From positions 10,637 to 74,636 of the forward strand of contig DAOWGI010000090.1 in NCBI GenBank assembly GCA_030637655.1: a stretch of DNA of 64,000 bases, written 5' to 3'. Origin of the DNA: a candidate division FCPU426 bacterium. GTDB lineage: Bacteria > Oederibacteriota > JAAXVQ01 > JAUVAV01. The position numbers were made by a program, and so were the translations under genes. A model generated the notes under the pieces. That model ran no database searches, had not been told where the DNA came from, and saw only the letters and a program-made list of their open reading frames with translations. Shown piece after piece: positions 57,998 to 64,000 of this stretch; positions within the stretch are counted from its first letter, which is position 1, and each line of letters opens with the position of its first letter.

Positions 57998-60094
57998 TTA
58001 ATGCCGAACCACCAGCGTGACTTGCTCGGCAATGGTTGCCGGTACGATTTCCACCGTGACTTCAATGTCTTCGCCCGGCAATTGCAAGCGTTGCAGTATG
58101 AATAGTTTTATCCCATTGCCTTGTGATTCGCCCACCGCCTGTTTGCGAACACGAACATTCACATACACTTTTTTACCCATATGGCGGATCACCGCGCTAC
58201 AACTCTCTCTCAGCAAAGAGGTACCCAACTCTGAAAAAATTTTCCCTTCTGCCTCCTCAAACAGCAATTCATTCAGCATGTGAATATATAAATCCTGGTT
58301 CTGTATATAAGCCAAACTATTTATTTTTTTAGGTCGGGAATTTGTGGACAGTGTCTGTCCGCTCCGATCAACCAAATGCATACCATAATAAAAGAGTTCT
58401 CCAATCCCGATCCGATCACCATCACGTTTTTTTCCATCCCAGGCTATTTTTTTCGGCAAGGGTGCGTTACCTTCCTGCAGATACAATATGGTTTTATTCC
58501 GATCCAGCACTGTAAAACGCCACGATTTCAAGTCACGCTTAGGGTTTTGTGGGTGTATAACCATTACCGGCGACCACGTAATGAGATTCAACCACGGCAG
58601 CTCGACTTTGTTACTATTGCTAAACAACGGCGTCGTCTCAAATTCCGGCATTTCACTGTCCGGGAGTTGTTTACGTGTGAGCACAGAGGCTTGCAGCATC
58701 ATTTCCTGCACCGGCCGATCAATATCACGGGTATAAAAATGCACCAATTTTTCCGAGCTGGTATCCAGGGTGTCTTTATCGGAGATCATGTTTTTCTTCA
58801 TTTTTGCCGGCTGCTTATTTCCCTTTTGCTTCGGTGAGAACCGAATAAATTTTATGTAGGCCAGCATGGCTTTGTGGTCATCTCCCTGTTTAAAATAAAT
58901 TTTGGCTAAATGTAAATACGCGGGTGCGACCTCAGGGTCGCCGGCATATTCACTAAGGATTTTTTGATAATATTTTTTTGCCGGCACATACGCTTGTTCA
59001 GTATAAAAAGCGTCGGCAATGAGAAATAGCAAAACCCGTCCATAGGTACCGGCACCCGCCTCCTGCGCGATTTGTTTCCATATTTTTTCCGCCTGCGTGT
59101 ATTGTTGTAAACGATAGTGTGTCAAACCAACGAGATAACGAACATATAATGATTCTTTGTCTTTCCGAGGCAAACCCAACCATTCCCGGTAATGAATAAG
59201 AGCTTTGGTGTATTGTTTCAAATTATAGAAACAATTGGCTTTGATCAAGAGCATGTCCGCCCGTACCCCGGCGCGATCTGTGGAGACCTGCATTAATTTG
59301 TCGGACGCCTCTAATGCTAAAGCATATTGTTCGTGTTCCATCAAAGCCCAAACCAGATGTTCCATCACGTCTGCCATTTTCTTGTCAATACGTGATTGTG
59401 AAAAATAGGTCATGATCTCAAAATATTTCTGAAGCCTCAGTAGGCAACGTCCTTTTAAATACACTGCCTCAGGTGTGCTGATAGCGCTCAATCGTTCCAG
59501 TACTTCAAGATAATTTTGTCTGGTATACGCCAGACGGGCCCACGCCAACACAACCTCCGAATGTGTACGATAAAAAGGATAGTGCGCGAGTAGGTTTTTC
59601 AGACGCGTTTTTGCTTCCACCGGCTTTTTTCGGTTCAGCAATCGTTTACACTGATTCAATTTAACTTCCGGAATTAAATGACTTCGTGGAAACTGTAAGA
59701 GTATCTCCTCCCATACGTTCTGTGCCCGCCGAACATCCTTCTGATTAAAATAGCATTCCCCCAGCCTAAACAGCACACTGGAACGAAATGGCAGACGTTT
59801 TTTTTCGCTTAGTGCCTGGAAATAAGATCTGGCACGTTGGTATTGACCGGCTTGAAAATGATGCTCGCCCAGGAGATAGAGAACAACGGCTTCTTTCTCG
59901 CTTTTGGGATACTTCGCCACAAACCCACTAGCCAGGTGTTTGACTTTTTGTACGGTTATATCTTTTTCCGTTTCTTTGACAAGTGTAATCCAGGCGTATT
60001 GTTCCCCTTTTTGAGCATATCCAGGAACCACCCAGAGACCCAGAATCACCACAACTGCAACACGTCCGATGTTTCGTAACCATTGGTTTCGCAT
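57998..60094 (-). CDS. Exported TPR (BamD/YfiO-like repeat) protein with C-terminal Ig-like region
   Basis: Signal peptide, TPRs, and SWRFTVLD...IAWDG. Confidence 0.8.
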   Translation of the reverse strand: MRNQWLRNIGRVAVVVILGLWVVPGYAQKGEQYAWITLVKETEKDITVQKVKHLASGFVAKYPKSEKEAVVLYLLGEHHFQAGQYQRARSYFQALSEKKRLPFRSSVLFRLGECYFNQKDVRRAQNVWEEILLQFPRSHLIPEVKLNQCKRLLNRKKPVEAKTRLKNLLAHYPFYRTHSEVVLAWARLAYTRQNYLEVLERLSAISTPEAVYLKGRCLLRLQKYFEIMTYFSQSRIDKKMADVMEHLVWALMEHEQYALALEASDKLMQVSTDRAGVRADMLLIKANCFYNLKQYTKALIHYREWLGLPRKDKESLYVRYLVGLTHYRLQQYTQAEKIWKQIAQEAGAGTYGRVLLFLIADAFYTEQAYVPAKKYYQKILSEYAGDPEVAPAYLHLAKIYFKQGDDHKAMLAYIKFIRFSPKQKGNKQPAKMKKNMISDKDTLDTSSEKLVHFYTRDIDRPVQEMMLQASVLTRKQLPDSEMPEFETTPLFSNSNKVELPWLNLITWSPVMVIHPQNPKRDLKSWRFTVLDRNKTILYLQEGNAPLPKKIAWDGKKRDGDRIGIGELFYYGMHLVDRSGQTLSTNSRPKKINSLAYIQNQDLYIHMLNELLFEEAEGKIFSELGTSLLRESCSAVIRHMGKKVYVNVRVRKQAVGESQGNGIKLFILQRLQLPGEDIEVTVEIVPATIAEQVTLVVRH

Positions 60095-60118
60095 AGGCCT
60101 ACCCCTAGTTTTCAGCGC

Positions 60119-60718
60119 TTATTCTTTGTTTTCCAAAATATTCAATTCCCTTAATATTTTTTCCATCTCGATCCGATGCGGACCGGACAATTTAGTTACT
60201 GCTTTTTCCAGTTTTCCTAAATGAGTATTCAATCCTTCTACCATCTTATTAAAAGCTTCCTCCACATCATGAAACTCATCGTCTTTGCGTATTCGCATGC
60301 TTACATTTAAATTCCCTTGTTCAATTTGTTTCATCATTCTCTTCAAATTAAACAAAGGACCGGCAATGCGATGTGAGAAAAAAATAGCCATGGCTACAAT
60401 CATCACACTCCCCACCAATGCCGAAATCAGAAGAGGAATCCAGAGTATTTCCACCACACGAGAAAACACCAGGGTCTCATGAATGGTGTTGGCAAAATAC
60501 ATCAGATCCTGCGAAGAGGGTGCAACCATTTCCTTAATCTTGAAATACGCAATGGTAATCAGATGCGAGATAAAGATACTGGCAATTACCACCCCGACGA
60601 ATTGCCAAATCACACGATGTTGAAATCTTTTTTCCACAATAAATTGTCGGCGACGATAGTAGGTTTTCTTTTTTTCTGTACTCATGAGTTCTCCCTTCTT
60701 TCCAATGAATTTCTGCAT
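60119..60718 (-). CDS. Two-TM HAMP-domain protein
   Basis: SHRIAGPLFNLKRMMKQIEQGNL..IRKDDEFHDV; no signalling output domain. Confidence 0.85.
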   Translation of the reverse strand: MQKFIGKKGELMSTEKKKTYYRRRQFIVEKRFQHRVIWQFVGVVIASIFISHLITIAYFKIKEMVAPSSQDLMYFANTIHETLVFSRVVEILWIPLLISALVGSVMIVAMAIFFSHRIAGPLFNLKRMMKQIEQGNLNVSMRIRKDDEFHDVEEAFNKMVEGLNTHLGKLEKAVTKLSGPHRIEMEKILRELNILENKE

Positions 60719-60749
60719 ATCCTCACACAGCGCTTATATCGCTGCCGGA

Positions 60750-63700
60750 CTAGCGGGCAATGACAAATGCACCATTGTGCGCCCGGCCCTCCGCTTCGAT
60801 CTGATAAATATAAATTCCTTGTTTAATCCGGCCGCGACGATTGCGACAATCCCATTCTGCCAAGTATTGATTCCCGGTATTTAGAACCGTCAGTTCTTGC
60901 ACCAAAGCATTATTGATATTAAACACTCTTACTTTAATGTCTCCGATGGTCAGCTTCGATTTAAAGAATAGCCGCATGGTTGTAAATTGACGGCCAAATG
61001 GCGTCACCACTTTGGTCTCCAAGTACACCTGTGCAAACACTTTGGAGGCAAATGACGGTGTAGTCGTGATGGTCAACGTTACGGTCGCAGTCGCACTTGC
61101 CGCCACCACCGGTGACTGAGTGGCTGTGGAAGTCACTGAGGGTGTGGCAGTAATCGACGCACTCACTGTGAGCGTTGCACTGACCGTCGCTGTCGGCGTA
61201 ACTGTGACGGTAGGAGTATACGTGGGCGTCGCTGAGCTGGTGGCTGTCACAGTAGCAGTCGGAGTTACAGTCGCCGTGTCAGTTGCCGTCAAGGTGGTTG
61301 TAAGCGTAAAGGTAGATGTTGCTGTACCGGTCGGGGTGTTGGTTAGTGTTGGCGTAGCTGTGGAAGTAGCAGTCGGTGTGTCGGTCGGTGTCACGGTCGG
61401 CGTCACGGTCGGGGTCGTGGTAAATGTACTGGTCATGGTAATGGTACAGGTCGGCGTCACCGTCGAGGTGGAGGTAAAGGTCGGAGTTGAAGTTGGAGTT
61501 ACGGTCGTGGTCGGTGTAACCGTTGGGGTAGTAGTAGCTGTAAAGGTCGGAGTATTGGTCACTGTCGGTGTAGCGGTAAATGTGACAGTCGGCGTGGCGC
61601 TGAAAGTACTGGTCATGGTTACCGTATAAGTCGCAGTCGCGGTTGGTGTCATTGTGAAAGTCGGTGTCGAGGTCGGCGTGACCGTCGAAGTGGCTGTCAT
61701 CGTTGGAGTGGTGGTCAAGGTCGGGGTCGCAGTCGGGGTCGAGGTAAAAGTCGGTGTAGCCGTTGGTGTTACTGTACACGTTGCTGTGGCTGTTGGTGTG
61801 ACGGTGGATGATGCTGTGGCTGTCGGTGTTGCTGTAAAGGTTGCGGTAAGAGTTGGTGTTGCGGTAAAGGTGGTCGTCGCAGTCGAAGTCGGGGTGTTGG
61901 TCTGAGTGACTGTATACGTCGGGGTCTGGGTTGGCGTAGTAGTTGGGGTCACAGTTAAAGTTGGCGTTATTGTTGTGGTTATCGTCTGAGTAGCTGAATA
62001 AGTCGGTGTGACCGTCGAGGTATAGGTATAGGTCGGTGTAAAGGTGGGTGTCACAGTAGCGGTCGGAGTAGCTGTGTAGGTCGGCGTATTGGTTAAGGTC
62101 CGGGTATAGGTTGAAGTAACCGTCGGGATCAAAACCGTATTGGTAACAGCTGTGGTGGTATAAGGCGTCGAATTACCCGAATCAATTATAGCGGCATTGC
62201 TGATCACCGCTCCGTTGGGTGCCGTATTGCTCACATCTACGTCAAAACTGACCGTTCCTTGCGCTGCCGAAGCAACGCTGATAAAGGACCAGGTAATCAT
62301 ATTGCCCACCAAACTTCCAGGGCCGGTAATATTGCTCACAGTAGAAACATCCAGATTGGCATCCAAAGTATCTTTGATCGAAACATTAGTGGCCGCAATA
62401 TTTCCGGTATTGCCATACGCTATTGTATAATGGATAGTATCACCGCGTTGAACCTGTCCAGCCGGAAGATTGTTTTTGAAATTATAGGTCACATTCGAGA
62501 AATTCGCTTCCTGAGTAGCGGTTGCGGTCATAGTCACACTAGGCGTACCCGTATGGGTCAGGGTAGGCGTCCCGGTGGTGGTGATCGTACGCGTCGGCGT
62601 GTGAGTATAAGTTGGAGTGGCAGTATAGGTCGGAGTCATAGTTGAAGTGCTGGTGAAGGTTCCTGTAGGTGTTGCTGTATAGGTCGGTGTGTGGGTTGAA
62701 GTCGGTGTAGCGGTTGGTGTTACAGTCAAGGTCGGTGTGTTGGTCGGTGTGTTGGTAGAAGTAGCGGTTGGAGTAAATATATCAACATATTGCGCTCTGC
62801 CGGTGGTGGTTGCTACAGCATAGGTTCCATCATTGAGGTAGGAACTCCAATAATAAACACCGCCCACACCCGGTGCGGTTGCCGTTAATGTGATGCTGTC
62901 AAATGATCCAAAAGCCAATCCAGGTGAATAACTAACAATAATTCTATCTCCTGAAAAAGATACAGTGCCGGACTGTACAGTTGACACAGGAGTGTTCGGC
63001 ACTGCCCAGCCGGTGGGAATGGTAATATACAAAGTATCCACCACGCCACCGGTGGTAATCAGAATATAATCATAATTCTGATTCTGTGAAATTTGCGATG
63101 AATTCGGATCAATATAACCATGGGCCGCCGGAATGGCCGTTGAAGTGGCTGTCGGGGTCACTGTAGATGTTGGCGTAGAAGTCGGTGTTACTGTTGCAGT
63201 TGACGTATACGGCGGTGTGACCGTATAGGTCGGGGTGGCCGTAGAAGTCGGGGTATCGGTGCCTGTTGGCGTATACGTGGGCGTATGCGTTAAGGTTGTA
63301 GTGTACGTCGGTGTTGCGGTTGAAGTAGAAGTGTATGTCGGCGTGGCGGTATAGGTCGGAGTGTACGTCGGCGTGGCGGTCACTGTAAATGGCGGCGTAA
63401 CTGTATAGGTTGGTGTTACGGTCGGCGTCGCGGTTGCTGTCGGTGTTATGGTAAAGGTTGCTGTGTACGTCGGAGTTGCGGTTGAAGTTGACGTATATGT
63501 CGTAGTTGTGGTAAGGGTTGGTGTATCTGTTGGTGTAGCAGTAAAGGTCGGTGTATTTGTCGAGGTAGCTATATCTGTTGGCGTAACAGTCACAGTAGGT
63601 GTAAATGTACGTGTGGCAGTCCGTGTTATGGTCGAAGTCGGAGTATGGGTCGGCGTTGCAGTTGAGGTCGAGGTATAAGTTGGTGTGGCCGTATACGTCG

Positions 63701-64000
63701 GTGTCACAGTTGAAGTTGAGGTTGACGTTGGAGTTACAGTTGATGTGGCCGTATACGTCGGGGTTGCTGTTGAGGTCTGCGTAGCTGTTGGTGTAACAGT
63801 ATATGTCAATGTAGCAGTCGGCGTAGCGGTCGAGGTATTCGTATACGTCGGAGTCACTGTTGAGGTTGCGGTATATACATCCACAAACTTGGTCCGCGTT
63901 GCCGTGGTCACAGTCTCATAGGAAGTACTGTTCACGTATGAGGCCCAATAATACGTTCCGCCTACTCCCGGAGCCGTGGCGGTCAGCGCAATATCGTCAA
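60750..64000 (-). CDS. Large Thr/Pro-rich surface protein (5'-partial) with a DUF11-like domain and a C-terminal FlgD-Ig/sorting-like domain
   Basis: (T-x)n/TPT tracts; GDTIHYTIAYGNTGNIAATNVSIKDTL; C-terminal WDCRNRRG..GIYIYQI. The frame stays open from 63935 to 64000. Confidence 0.88.
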   Translation of the reverse strand, partial: DDIALTATAPGVGGTYYWASYVNSTSYETVTTATRTKFVDVYTATSTVTPTYTNTSTATPTATLTYTVTPTATQTSTATPTYTATSTVTPTSTSTSTVTPTYTATPTYTSTSTATPTHTPTSTITRTATRTFTPTVTVTPTDIATSTNTPTFTATPTDTPTLTTTTTYTSTSTATPTYTATFTITPTATATPTVTPTYTVTPPFTVTATPTYTPTYTATPTYTSTSTATPTYTTTLTHTPTYTPTGTDTPTSTATPTYTVTPPYTSTATVTPTSTPTSTVTPTATSTAIPAAHGYIDPNSSQISQNQNYDYILITTGGVVDTLYITIPTGWAVPNTPVSTVQSGTVSFSGDRIIVSYSPGLAFGSFDSITLTATAPGVGGVYYWSSYLNDGTYAVATTTGRAQYVDIFTPTATSTNTPTNTPTLTVTPTATPTSTHTPTYTATPTGTFTSTSTMTPTYTATPTYTHTPTRTITTTGTPTLTHTGTPSVTMTATATQEANFSNVTYNFKNNLPAGQVQRGDTIHYTIAYGNTGNIAATNVSIKDTLDANLDVSTVSNITGPGSLVGNMITWSFISVASAAQGTVSFDVDVSNTAPNGAVISNAAIIDSGNSTPYTTTAVTNTVLIPTVTSTYTRTLTNTPTYTATPTATVTPTFTPTYTYTSTVTPTYSATQTITTTITPTLTVTPTTTPTQTPTYTVTQTNTPTSTATTTFTATPTLTATFTATPTATASSTVTPTATATCTVTPTATPTFTSTPTATPTLTTTPTMTATSTVTPTSTPTFTMTPTATATYTVTMTSTFSATPTVTFTATPTVTNTPTFTATTTPTVTPTTTVTPTSTPTFTSTSTVTPTCTITMTSTFTTTPTVTPTVTPTDTPTATSTATPTLTNTPTGTATSTFTLTTTLTATDTATVTPTATVTATSSATPTYTPTVTVTPTATVSATLTVSASITATPSVTSTATQSPVVAASATATVTLTITTTPSFASKVFAQVYLETKVVTPFGRQFTTMRLFFKSKLTIGDIKVRVFNINNALVQELTVLNTGNQYLAEWDCRNRRGRIKQGIYIYQIEAEGRAHNGAFVIAR

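Noticed and set aside
60119-60718. HAMP protein as the missing chemoreceptor
   Set aside because: It ends shortly after the HAMP domain with no methyl-accepting signalling hairpin.
61120-63921. Val/Gly-rich plus-strand ORFs
   Set aside because: Antisense reading of Thr/Pro codons.

Overview
Bacterial window from a diderm (hldD, AsmA, LolA-like, TolC), with all credible genes on the minus strand. The Thr/Pro-rich surface protein is reminiscent of candidate phylum FCPU426-like lineages (inference only). (1) 1-26.3 kb: a giant ORF missing from the ORF track (ATG at 14949, open to the window edge, at least 4983 aa, YD-like repeats) lies downstream of a TolC + MFP + two-AcrB RND cluster. The cluster contains a GxxExxY nuclease gene and has a copy of one inverted-repeat family in nearly every intergenic gap. 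The giant ORF carries at least 16 in-frame insertions of short repeat elements from three families, 12 of them GTAG-type REPs read in the same frame. (2) 26.3-30.9 kb: accessory island with a group IIC intron 5' remnant, a heptad-repeat protein, a response-regulator remnant, Fic, MNT plus an interrupted HEPN, and an RNA-ligase-like gene. (3) 31-48.7 kb: housekeeping genes (yajQ, rodZ-like, lolA-like, ftsK, rnj, M16 peptidase, PGM/PMM, GMPP-PMM, AsmA, recA, hldD) and an unannotated 22-aa Lys-rich microprotein. (4) 48.7-57.8 kb: atypical chemosensory cluster (cheR, TPR, MshEN-CheW fusion, TPR, divergent P-II, cheY, cheC, cheD, cheW, cheY, cheB) with no cheA or MCP. (5) 58-64 kb: TPR and HAMP proteins and a Thr-rich surface protein that runs off the window. 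Several MITE/REP families with nested micro-insertions are dispersed throughout. All calls come from reading the sequence; no searches were run.
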